A stretch of 64,000 nt of DNA from a virus. Lineage: Duplodnaviria > Caudoviricetes. The stretch is from positions 1-64,000 of the IMG/VR virus record IMGVR_UViG_3300036802_000003; one strand, written 5' to 3'. This document shows positions 48,244-56,736 of the stretch, in pieces (the first letter of the stretch is position 1; every line of letters begins with the position of its first letter). Below the pieces are notes generated by a model. The model was given only the letters and a program-made list of their open reading frames with translations, was not told the origin of the DNA and searched no databases. Both the position numbers and the translations under genes were made by a program.

Positions 48244-48310
48244 CTGTGTATTATACTATAGTCTCCTCCATGATAATTTATTATAGACAAGTTATTTTGG
48301 AGGTGTAGGA

Positions 48311-48622
48311 ATGGCTATTAACAAATATATCCATGATGTAAATGCTTATGTGGAGCAACAAAAACGCTACGGAACTGACAGTGTTAAGGTTGAGCTGGAT
48401 GACACTAATAACAAGGTTACTGTTGCATTGATTGATGCATACAACAACCCTGTTGCAGGTGCACCACTATTGGTAGATGAGAAATTACCTGATGCACGTA
48501 AAGCTGTCAAGTTCTATGAAGAGATGATTCACCAGTTAGAGCAAGGTGATATCATCCGTAACCTACAGACTACTGGGAAACCAACATCTGGTGGATACAA
48601 CGATAATAACAGTCGCTACTAA
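48311..48622 (+). CDS. Hypothetical protein
   Basis: 103-aa ORF with RBS GGAGGTG and its own terminator. Confidence 0.75.
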   Translation: MAINKYIHDVNAYVEQQKRYGTDSVKVELDDTNNKVTVALIDAYNNPVAGAPLLVDEKLPDARKAVKFYEEMIHQLEQGDIIRNLQTTGKPTSGGYNDNNSRY

Positions 48623-48631
48623 GCAACGCTT

Positions 48632-48665
48632 AAAAGAGTACCCTTTGGGTACTCTTTTTATTTTT
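48632..48665 (+). terminator. Intrinsic terminator
   Basis: AAAAGAGTACCC/GGGTACTCTTTT. Confidence 0.85.
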
Positions 48666-48772
48666 GTCTTTTTTATTAAAAGGAGTATTTAAAAATTTTC
48701 TTTAAATTTTTAAGAATTTTAAGTATACTTTTAAAATTTTTAGTAAGTAAGGGACTAGGTTAGCCATACGGA

Positions 48773-48812
48773 CGGAGACAACTTTGGGTTTGGGGGCTTT
48801 TATTAAGCGAAC
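48773..48812 (+). promoter_or_regulatory. Putative middle promoter
   Basis: CGGAGA-N19-TTTTATT-AAGCGAAC. Confidence 0.6.
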
Positions 48813-48834
48813 TCAACCAAAGGAGGAATTTAAT

Positions 48835-50004
48835 ATGGCTGAAATATTTACAGGCAATAACCCATCCCAAATGTACATGGATGCACTGTTTACACTATGT
48901 TTAGAAGGTGACATTGTAAAGCCACGTGGCAAAGCGGTAAAGGAGATTCGTCCAGTAATCCTAGAGTTTACTGAACCTGCTAACCGTTTAACATTCTTGT
49001 TAGGACGTGTGGTAAATCCATTCTTCCAACTAGCTGAATCTACAGTGTGGATTCCAGGTGGTAGAAGTGACGTAGCATGGTTGCTAGACTACAATGCTAG
49101 CATGGAACAGTTCTCTGATGATGGAGTATACTTCAATGCCCCATATGGTGAGCGTTTACGACACTGGAACAAGAGTGATGCGAATAACTTTATCCTGAAT
49201 CCTTTTGACCAGTTATACGATGTGTATGAGAAGCTTAAAGCTGACCCTGACACACGCCAAGCAGTAGCAGTAATTTATAACCCTATCTTCGACCATGCAC
49301 GCAATGAGACGAAAGATAGACCATGTAACCTTCTCTTGACTTTCAAGATACGTAAAGGTAAACTAGACTTAACAGTTATGAACCGTAGTAATGACTTGCA
49401 TTGGGGTACATTTGGTGCTAACCTTTGTCAATTTGCTACTATTCTAGAGTGTATGGCAAGCTGGTTAGGAATTCCAATGGGAACATACAACCAGATTACT
49501 GACTCTCTTCATATCTATCTTGAGGATTATGGTGCAAAAGAGACTGATAAAGTACTAAACGCATATGGGTTAACTACTAACACATTGGTGGGACGTGACG
49601 TACCACAAGTACAACAGTTCACATTCTTCAACGAGCCTAGAATGTCTAGTAATTTCGATGAGTTCCATGATATTCTAGAGTATTTCTTTGAAGAAATTGA
49701 TCCTCTGTTTAGCCTACCTGGAACTTATGTGAATGGTAACTGGAGTGATGTGTTAGACCGCATTCACGGTATCGAGGATGACTACCTAAGAATGTCATTC
49801 TTTGCAATGTTTGCCTACCGAGCACATAAGCGTGGTAGCTGGAACGTGATGGTAGACGCACTAGATAGTATGCCTTCCTGCTCTTGGAAGCTGTCTTGTC
49901 TACGATTCTTGTATCCTAAATATAAGGACTTGTTAGATTTCCAAGCTTTATACGAGGGCTGGGATTACGACAAAGTTCTTTACATCGAACGCACAAACGG
50001 ATAA
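48835..50004 (+). CDS. Thymidylate-synthase-family enzyme (possible dUMP hydroxymethylase)
   Basis: YGERL, DTRQAV, catalytic PC, RSND..WG...N, SLHIY; long C-terminal extension; start at 48835 after AAGGAGG. Confidence 0.85.
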   Translation: MAEIFTGNNPSQMYMDALFTLCLEGDIVKPRGKAVKEIRPVILEFTEPANRLTFLLGRVVNPFFQLAESTVWIPGGRSDVAWLLDYNASMEQFSDDGVYFNAPYGERLRHWNKSDANNFILNPFDQLYDVYEKLKADPDTRQAVAVIYNPIFDHARNETKDRPCNLLLTFKIRKGKLDLTVMNRSNDLHWGTFGANLCQFATILECMASWLGIPMGTYNQITDSLHIYLEDYGAKETDKVLNAYGLTTNTLVGRDVPQVQQFTFFNEPRMSSNFDEFHDILEYFFEEIDPLFSLPGTYVNGNWSDVLDRIHGIEDDYLRMSFFAMFAYRAHKRGSWNVMVDALDSMPSCSWKLSCLRFLYPKYKDLLDFQALYEGWDYDKVLYIERTNG

Positions 50005-50009
50005 CACAG

Positions 50010-50050
50010 GGGAGAGAATTCAGGACACTTCCTCTTTTTTCAAAGCGAAC
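50010..50050 (+). promoter_or_regulatory. Putative middle promoter
   Basis: GGGAGA-N19-TTTTTT-CAAAGCGAAC. Confidence 0.55.
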
Positions 50051-50087
50051 GGACGATTGGTCTGTTCGCTATATTTTTGGAGAGGGA

Positions 50088-50477
50088 GTGGCTTTAATGG
50101 GAAAGGCACTATTAGACGGAGAGATTATATTAGCAGTAGATTTTGATGGAACGATTAGTACAGAGCCTGATATGGGGCATGCACTGGTATTACAGCCAAA
50201 CTGTAAACAAGTACTGGAAAGATTCTATGAGGATGGTGTTCGTTTAATACTATGGACTTGCCGTACTGCGGCACCCCTAGATGAAGCTTTAGCGTTTCTA
50301 GAAGCAAATGAATTAGGTCATATCTGGTGTGCTATCAATGACCAACTACCTGAAGTGAATGCAAAATATGAACCAAACGTAGCTAGAAAAGTTGGTGCTG
50401 ATATTTATATCGACGATAAGTCAATTGGATATAAAGTCGATTGGTTAGCAATCGAAAAACACATATATGGAGAGTGA
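50088..50477 (+). CDS. HAD-superfamily phosphatase
   Basis: AVDFDGT, ILWTCR, RKVGADIYIDDK. Confidence 0.88.
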   Translation: MALMGKALLDGEIILAVDFDGTISTEPDMGHALVLQPNCKQVLERFYEDGVRLILWTCRTAAPLDEALAFLEANELGHIWCAINDQLPEVNAKYEPNVARKVGADIYIDDKSIGYKVDWLAIEKHIYGE

Positions 50478-51174
50478 TTGTATGTTCTTCCCTAAAGTTG
50501 GAGATAAAGTACTAGTAGCAGGTCATGGGTGGAAGGAGTTTGAGATAAAGGATGTAGCCATCCTTAATTCTGATAAGACTTCCTCTACTCTAGCCAATGG
50601 AGGGTCTGTCAAGTTTAAGGTGGATATAGATGGACTACTAGAATGGATTCACATTGATGCTATTAATACAGCGGAGTACATTAAAACATCTACGCTTATT
50701 GTGCCTGAGAACACGGATATGGATGCAGCATTTATAGGTCAGAAGATGACTAGCTGGATGGTAGGGTTGAAGAACCAACCAGATAACAGTAAGCTACCAG
50801 AGATTGTAACACTGTTAATGGCAATCCAGTATGACAAAGAGAAGTACTATGGCTCATCTTGGAAGGGTAAAGGGGAAATACGTGGTATCATGGCAAACCT
50901 TGACCGCAAATATGACCGCCTAGATAAGATGACAAACGATGAGATAGCTGGTGAGATGCAAGGTCTAGCAACACTGGAGAAACTACTAGTGAATGGTACC
51001 ATCAAGGCAGAGAAGGTAGGGGAAAGCAAGATAGACGCTATTGCAGACCTTACGAATTATGGAATCCTGTATATGACGTATGTTAGAGACCACTTCCCTA
51101 ACTTATTTAAAATATGGGTGGAACAAAATGTTCCAGATTACCTGAAAGATAAAATGTCTTTCCTACAACAGTAG
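50467..51174 (+). CDS. DUF1599/Nmad1-like all-alpha nucleotide-modification-associated protein
   Basis: K...YGSSW...G...I...L.RK.DRL...D...DL.NY..L. Confidence 0.7.
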   Translation: MESDCMFFPKVGDKVLVAGHGWKEFEIKDVAILNSDKTSSTLANGGSVKFKVDIDGLLEWIHIDAINTAEYIKTSTLIVPENTDMDAAFIGQKMTSWMVGLKNQPDNSKLPEIVTLLMAIQYDKEKYYGSSWKGKGEIRGIMANLDRKYDRLDKMTNDEIAGEMQGLATLEKLLVNGTIKAEKVGESKIDAIADLTNYGILYMTYVRDHFPNLFKIWVEQNVPDYLKDKMSFLQQ

Positions 51175-51211
51175 TACTGGGGAGATAATGATAAACACTC
51201 TCCCCTATCAG

Positions 51212-51250
51212 GGGAGAAAAGATTTTGTGAGACGGTTTTTTTAAGTCAGA
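51212..51250 (+). promoter_or_regulatory. Putative middle promoter for the HU gene
   Basis: GGGAGA-N18-TTTTTTT-AAGTCAGAA. Confidence 0.6.
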
Positions 51251-51346
51251 AGGGTCACAAGGGGAGAAGCTCACTGGCGGTTACACCAGAACTTCTACAA
51301 TACTTGAGACTTTTACTATAACATATTTCCTTAGGAGGAATTTAAA

Positions 51347-51655
51347 ATGAATAAACAAGAAACTGTAAAAGCTATTTCTGTACGTACTGGATTAACACAA
51401 GTAGATGTAAACAAAGTGTTTACTGCGCTTAAAGAAATCACTGTAGAAACTCTACAAAAAGGTGAAAAGCTACAATTAACTGGTTTCTGGGGAGTAGAGC
51501 CTGCATACCGTGCACCACGTAAAGGTTTCGACCCTATTAAGAAAGAGCCAATGGAAATCGCTGCTACTGTAGGCGTTCGTATCAAAGCTGGCGAAGATTT
51601 AAAGAAAGCTGTAAAAGGCTTAAAAGTAGAAGACTTTGCTCCTAAAGCAGAGTAG
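51347..51655 (+). CDS. HU/IHF-family DNA-binding protein (TF1-like)
   Basis: MNKQE.VKAIS...GEKLQLTGF...R.PRKGFDP...KAG..LK.AV. Confidence 0.92.
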   Translation: MNKQETVKAISVRTGLTQVDVNKVFTALKEITVETLQKGEKLQLTGFWGVEPAYRAPRKGFDPIKKEPMEIAATVGVRIKAGEDLKKAVKGLKVEDFAPKAE

Positions 51656-51719
51656 TCTATAACGATCATAGCTGCATATATCTGAACGGTATCGTTCACA
51701 CATACTTCTGAAAGTGTTC

Positions 51720-51755
51720 AAAAGACTCTAGGATTCGCTCCCTAGAGTCTTTTTC
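51720..51755 (+). terminator. Intrinsic terminator
   Basis: AAAAGACTCTAGG/CCTAGAGTCTTTT. Confidence 0.85.
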
Positions 51756-51813
51756 ATTGTAAGAGAGAGGTTCTGCAACCTCTCTTTTTATTAGTTTTGA
51801 AGGAGTTGATTCG

Positions 51814-54591
51814 ATGAAGTGTACTGCATGTAGGCTTTCTGAGACCTGTCCAAAGGTGCTACAAATGGGACATGGCAAGAAAAAAGCTAGGGTCATGGTT
51901 ATACAGGAGAACCCTTACGAGCATGAGAATAAGAAGGGTAAATACTTTAGTGGTAAAGCTGGTAAACTACTCCAATCAGCCTTTGAAGAGGTGGGTATAG
52001 ATGCTGATGATGTCTATTATACTGCGGTAGTTAAGTGCTCAACACCAGAGGATAGACTACCCCTAAAGGACGAGGTTAAGGCATGTGAAGACTATCTATG
52101 GGCAGAGATTGATGCAGTAGAACCAGAGATTATTATACCGACAGGTAACATGTCTCTATGGGCTTTAACAGGTCGTACTGCAATAACTAAGCAACGTGGG
52201 AGACTTATTGAGAAGGATGGTTACAAGTTCTTCCCTATGATACACCCTAATATGGTTCTAAAGCAACCAAAGTATATGGAGTTCTTTTCTAAGGACATCA
52301 TTAATTTACACTCAATACTAGAAGGTGTGCTCCCTGCTGACATATTAGCGTATGAACAGGAGAGACTGTACTGTGAGGACTATGACACTGCTATCAACGA
52401 ATTGAAGAGACTAATGGCTCTACCAGATGGTCATTTGGTAACAGTCGATTTAGAGACCGTTAAGTCCAATCCCTACTTGGACAAGACGGTTATGTCAAAG
52501 ACTAAGAGAGCTATGTTCCCTGAGAGTGAGATAGTTAAGATATCTGCAATAGGATTCTCTGATAGAGCTGGGTATGGTAATGCCATTCCATTATACCATA
52601 GAGAAACCCCTTTTACAGGTAATCAGATTGGAACAATAGTGAAGTTCATACGTTTCCTAATTGAGGACTCTAAGCTGGAGTTTGTGGCACACAATAGTAA
52701 GTTCGAGATGAAGTGGCTACTACAACAGCTAGATATATACCTAGCCGACCTCAAGTGGGACACTATGTTAATGCACTATCTTGCAGTTACAGAGGAAAAG
52801 GGTACACATGACTTGAAGCAGTTGGCATGGTTAGAGACTGATATGGGCGGATATGATGATGAGTTAGACCCATACCTACCTAAGGGTGATGATGAAGGTA
52901 ACTATGACATGATACCTTGGGATACACTCAAAGTCTACCTAGCAGCCGATGTTGATGTAACATACCGATTACTAGACAAATATAAACCTCTTATTGAAGA
53001 GGATAAAGAGAAGAAATGGCTATGGGATAACCTCATGGTACCTGGTCTGTATGCATTGATGGACATTGAACACACTGGTGCTAAGGTAGATGGAGACTTG
53101 CTTGGAATCTATAGAGGTCGTTATGAGGAAGAGATTGACCGTATAGAAGCCAAGCTAAGGGAATATCCAGAGATTGTTAGCCTAGAGCGTGAAAGACATG
53201 AACTTTGGTTAGAGCGTGTTGCGATAGGCGGAATTAAGAAGGCTAACCGTACTGAGGAACAACAGACTAAGTTTGAGAAGAATAAGAAGTATGACCCTAA
53301 GAAGGGTGGAGATAAGCTAAACTTTGGTTCATCTACCCAACTACAGGTACTCTTCTTTGAGATAATGGGCTTAGAAACGGTTGTCCTTACTGATAAAGGT
53401 CATCCAAGTACTAATGATGACTCATTGAAATATATGAGAAATCAGCATCCTATGATTGCTCTATTAATGGAGTACCGCAAGGTTGCCCATTTATATAGTA
53501 ACTTCATTGATAAGATGTCAATGCACGTAGATGCAAGAGGTCTTATACATGGTAACTACAATCTGCATGGAACAGTTACAGGGCGTTTAAGTAGTAATGA
53601 ACCGAATATGCAACAGTTACCTCGTAAGGTGAATGACCCCTTCCTATTCCAGTACTGGAATGAGATTAAAGCACTGTTTGTATCTAGGTTTGGGGACGAT
53701 GGCGTTATTATCCAGTTTGACTATTCTCAGTTAGAGTTACGTATCCTAGCTGTTATGACTGGTGACCCAGAGCTTATCCGACTGTATCGTTCAGGAGCTG
53801 ACTTACATAAAGAGGTAGCATCTGGTGCATTCGGAGTACCTGTGTCTGAAGTTACTAAAGACCAACGTACTGCATCTAAGAAGATTCAGTTCGGTATCGT
53901 ATACCAAGAGTCTGCTAAAGGTCTGTCAGAAGACTTACGTGCAGAGGGTATTAATATGTCTGTAGAAGAGTGTCAAAGCTTCATTGATAGCTACTTCAAG
54001 CGATTCCCAGTAGTAGAACGCTGGATTAAGCGCATTAAGAAGTTTGCTAAAAAGAATAAGCATGTTAGAACAATGACTAACCGTATCCGTCACCTAGATG
54101 CTATTGATTCTACTGACCGTTCAGTAGCAAACGAGGCAGAGCGTCAGGCAGTAAACGCACCTATTCAGTCTACAGGTTCAGACTGTACATTAATGGCACT
54201 TATCATTATTAATGACTGGTTACAAAACTCTGACCTGAAGAGTAGAATAGTAATCACTGTACATGATAGTATCGTGTTTGACTGTCCTAAGGATGAGGTA
54301 GTGGAAGTGTCTGAGAAAGTTAAGCATGTTATGGAGAACTTAGCAGAGTACAACGAGTTCTATAAGTTCTTAGGTGATGTACCAATTCTGTCTGAGATGG
54401 AGATTGGATACAACTATGGTCACTCATTCGAGTGCAGTATTGAGGACATAAAGGAGCAGGGTGTAGATGGGTTCCTACAGAAAGAGTTGGCAGATAAACA
54501 TACTAAAGAGCAAGAAAAGTACGCTAAAGCAGAAAAAGAAGGTACTCCTATACCGAAGCATGTTACAGGTTATTGGGAGAATATAGCATAG
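51814..54591 (+). CDS. polA: Family A DNA polymerase with N-terminal uracil-DNA-glycosylase-like domain and 3'-5' exonuclease
   Basis: CTACRL...ENP...VKC...HP (UDG family 4-like); DLET, HNSKFE, YLAAD; TVTGRLSS, DYSQLELR, K..FGIVY, NAPIQS, VHDS. Confidence 0.95.
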   Translation: MKCTACRLSETCPKVLQMGHGKKKARVMVIQENPYEHENKKGKYFSGKAGKLLQSAFEEVGIDADDVYYTAVVKCSTPEDRLPLKDEVKACEDYLWAEIDAVEPEIIIPTGNMSLWALTGRTAITKQRGRLIEKDGYKFFPMIHPNMVLKQPKYMEFFSKDIINLHSILEGVLPADILAYEQERLYCEDYDTAINELKRLMALPDGHLVTVDLETVKSNPYLDKTVMSKTKRAMFPESEIVKISAIGFSDRAGYGNAIPLYHRETPFTGNQIGTIVKFIRFLIEDSKLEFVAHNSKFEMKWLLQQLDIYLADLKWDTMLMHYLAVTEEKGTHDLKQLAWLETDMGGYDDELDPYLPKGDDEGNYDMIPWDTLKVYLAADVDVTYRLLDKYKPLIEEDKEKKWLWDNLMVPGLYALMDIEHTGAKVDGDLLGIYRGRYEEEIDRIEAKLREYPEIVSLERERHELWLERVAIGGIKKANRTEEQQTKFEKNKKYDPKKGGDKLNFGSSTQLQVLFFEIMGLETVVLTDKGHPSTNDDSLKYMRNQHPMIALLMEYRKVAHLYSNFIDKMSMHVDARGLIHGNYNLHGTVTGRLSSNEPNMQQLPRKVNDPFLFQYWNEIKALFVSRFGDDGVIIQFDYSQLELRILAVMTGDPELIRLYRSGADLHKEVASGAFGVPVSEVTKDQRTASKKIQFGIVYQESAKGLSEDLRAEGINMSVEECQSFIDSYFKRFPVVERWIKRIKKFAKKNKHVRTMTNRIRHLDAIDSTDRSVANEAERQAVNAPIQSTGSDCTLMALIIINDWLQNSDLKSRIVITVHDSIVFDCPKDEVVEVSEKVKHVMENLAEYNEFYKFLGDVPILSEMEIGYNYGHSFECSIEDIKEQGVDGFLQKELADKHTKEQEKYAKAEKEGTPIPKHVTGYWENIA

Positions 54592-54596
54592 TATTA

Positions 54597-54630
54597 GAGA
54601 GGATTCCGTCTAGGAGTCCTCTTTTTCTTT
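54597..54630 (+). terminator. Intrinsic terminator
   Basis: AGAGGATTCC/GGAGTCCTCT followed by T tract. Confidence 0.75.
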
Positions 54631-54721
54631 ATATCCCTCGTAGTTCTGTAGCCCACGGAGGAATTTTCCTGTGGAAAACAGGATAAAACTTTGAAAAACT
54701 CAATTTGAGGGAGGAATCAAT

Positions 54722-54865
54722 ATGACCAAGGATAAAACTTACGAAATGGTGAATAAATCTAATGGTGCAACAATCACATGTACGGAGAAATACGTTCTAG
54801 ACTGGATTAGCAGGGGCTTTGAGGTAGATAAAATCATACTAAAGGGAGCGAAAAAGACATGCTAG
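54722..54865 (+). CDS. 47-aa hypothetical protein; not in the ORF track
   Basis: MTKDKTYEMVNKSNGATITCTEKYVLDWISRGFEVDKIILKGAKKTC; RBS GAGGGAGG; overlaps the next start. Confidence 0.7.
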   Translation: MTKDKTYEMVNKSNGATITCTEKYVLDWISRGFEVDKIILKGAKKTC

Positions 54866-55161
54866 AGCATATACCTAATAATGTAGATTTTGATAAGGTT
54901 GACTGGGTTGTCTTGGCTAGGCAGCTAGGACTAAAATTATCTGACGAGCCTATAGAAATTACCAGACTTGGCACCCCTTACAGACAGTACTTAGCATCGG
55001 TCACGATGGCGTCTAGGATGGTTGATTGTAACCTTAGACTAGAGCAGATAAATGATGAATTAGATGAGATGATGGATGAACGACAGATAACCTCCTTTGA
55101 CAAGGCGTGTATCAAGTTGTATTTAAATAGAATAGTAGAAAACGAGAAGCTCCCTCATTGA
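54859..55161 (+). CDS. Hypothetical protein
   Basis: 100-aa ORF, RBS AAGGGAG, followed by a terminator at 55146-55174. Confidence 0.65.
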   Translation: MLEHIPNNVDFDKVDWVVLARQLGLKLSDEPIEITRLGTPYRQYLASVTMASRMVDCNLRLEQINDELDEMMDERQITSFDKACIKLYLNRIVENEKLPH

Positions 55162-55189
55162 TAGGGAGCTTTTCATTTTGTTATAGGTC

Positions 55190-55230
55190 AGGAGACGATT
55201 CCCGTTTCCCGACCTTTTTTTATGTCGAAC
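55190..55230 (+). promoter_or_regulatory. Putative middle promoter
   Basis: AGGAGA-N19-TTTTTTT-ATGTCGAAC. Confidence 0.65.
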
Positions 55231-55321
55231 AGGTTGTTGAACCCCACGATACTAAGAGATGGTGGAGAAAAAATTGTGTGCCTTGCTTTAATAATTGTGA
55301 AGGCGTTCAGGACAGAAAGGT

Positions 55322-55693
55322 ATGATGAGTATGTCTCGTAAGATTATAAGAATCGCCTTACCAAAAGGTAAGATGTACCAAGCGGATTTACAGAAGGAGT
55401 TATCCATAGATGGCTCTAATGTCCTTCAGGAAGTCCTAAACCACTCTAGTAAGTATGCGTGGTGGAAGACCCTGTATGATGTGGCTGAGAATCATGTACA
55501 GTACTTAGAAGACCTTAATATTGGTGGTGAACGTCACGAGAGAGCAGTAGAGCACAGAGATACTCTACAGTCTACCCTTGAAGCGTTTAATCATAGAGAA
55601 TCAACATTGAAGCTATTGTTACGTAGTGATAATAAGCGTAAAGTGTTGAAAAGTTACAACAAAAATATCACACATTTAATGGGCGTAATTTAG
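55322..55693 (+). CDS. Helical hypothetical protein (possibly UvsY-like recombination mediator)
   Basis: EL.ID..N...E....S.YAWW...AF..R...L; located before SSB. Confidence 0.45.
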   Translation: MMSMSRKIIRIALPKGKMYQADLQKELSIDGSNVLQEVLNHSSKYAWWKTLYDVAENHVQYLEDLNIGGERHERAVEHRDTLQSTLEAFNHRESTLKLLLRSDNKRKVLKSYNKNITHLMGVI

Positions 55694-55729
55694 GTCATTG
55701 ACCATACTAGCCCTAAGGAGGAATTATTA

Positions 55730-56671
55730 ATGGGTAAATTAGACGTATCAGCACTAGCAGCAAGATTAACGGAGTTAAACAGCAATAGCGGAGGTAATGG
55801 TTCTGGCGGTGGTATTAGCTGGCTTAATCTTAAAGATGGACGTAATGTTATCCGTATCTTACCACCTAAAGGTGATGGAGTATTTGCTAAAGAGGTATTC
55901 GTACACTTTGGTGTGAATAAGACAGAGGAAAACAAGCGAGGTACAATGGTTGTATGCCCTAAGACACATGGCGACAACAAGCCTTGTCCAGTATGTGATG
56001 TGGTTGCTGAAATGCGTAAGCTATCTAAGAAGAAAGATGACAAGTACGACAAGATGGCTAGAGAGCTGAATAAGAAGACACGTGTATACTACAACGTTAT
56101 TGACCGTGCTGACGATTTATCTACATTTGAGAAGAAAGAAGTAGATGGTAAGGAAAAATGGTTCAACGCTGATGATGAAGAGGAAACACCTATCAAAGTG
56201 TTTGGTTCTGGTATCGGTATTTATAAGGCGTTACTAGCACTTATCATTGATCCAGAGTATGGAGATATCACTGATGAAGAAGAAGGTCTAGATATCATTA
56301 TCACTAAATCTGGTACAGGCTATAACACTAAATATGAAGTTAAATCTGTACGTAAAGAGTCTGTTATAGGTTTCGATAACTGGGAAGAAGAGTCTCACGA
56401 CTTAAACCCATTAGCTAAAGCTAAGAGTTATGATGAAATCGACGCTATCCTTAATGGTGAAGAGCCTGAGGATAAGGACGATGACGATGAGGAAGAAGAG
56501 GAAAAGGAAGAAAAGCCTAAAAAATCCTCTAACAAGTCTAAGCCTGAAAAAGAAGAGAAGGAAGAGGAAGAGGAAAAGTCTGAATCTGAAGACTCTAGTG
56601 AGGGCGATGGAGACGACCTACAGTCAGAAATTGCAGCAAAATTAGCAGCACGTAAGAAACGCAGAGGTTAA
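55730..56671 (+). CDS. Single-stranded DNA-binding protein (gp32-like)
   Basis: IRILPP, H...CP......CPVC zinc site, DITD...G.D..I.K.G.G..T.Y, long acidic tail. Confidence 0.8.
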   Translation: MGKLDVSALAARLTELNSNSGGNGSGGGISWLNLKDGRNVIRILPPKGDGVFAKEVFVHFGVNKTEENKRGTMVVCPKTHGDNKPCPVCDVVAEMRKLSKKKDDKYDKMARELNKKTRVYYNVIDRADDLSTFEKKEVDGKEKWFNADDEEETPIKVFGSGIGIYKALLALIIDPEYGDITDEEEGLDIIITKSGTGYNTKYEVKSVRKESVIGFDNWEEESHDLNPLAKAKSYDEIDAILNGEEPEDKDDDDEEEEEKEEKPKKSSNKSKPEKEEKEEEEEKSESEDSSEGDGDDLQSEIAAKLAARKKRRG

Positions 56672-56736
56672 TACTTAGGACTACAGGCAGGTGGGCAACC
56701 ACCTGCTAATACTTTTGAAAAGGGGATATATACCAT

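Noticed and set aside
51814-54591. Intron or intein in the DNA polymerase, common in SPO1-like phages
   Set aside because: The ORF is continuous with normally spaced motifs; no homing endonuclease or intein signature seen
55223-55229. Perfect Spo0A box TGTCGAA
   Set aside because: Better explained as part of the AAG/ATG-TCGAAC element shared by the middle promoters; single occurrence
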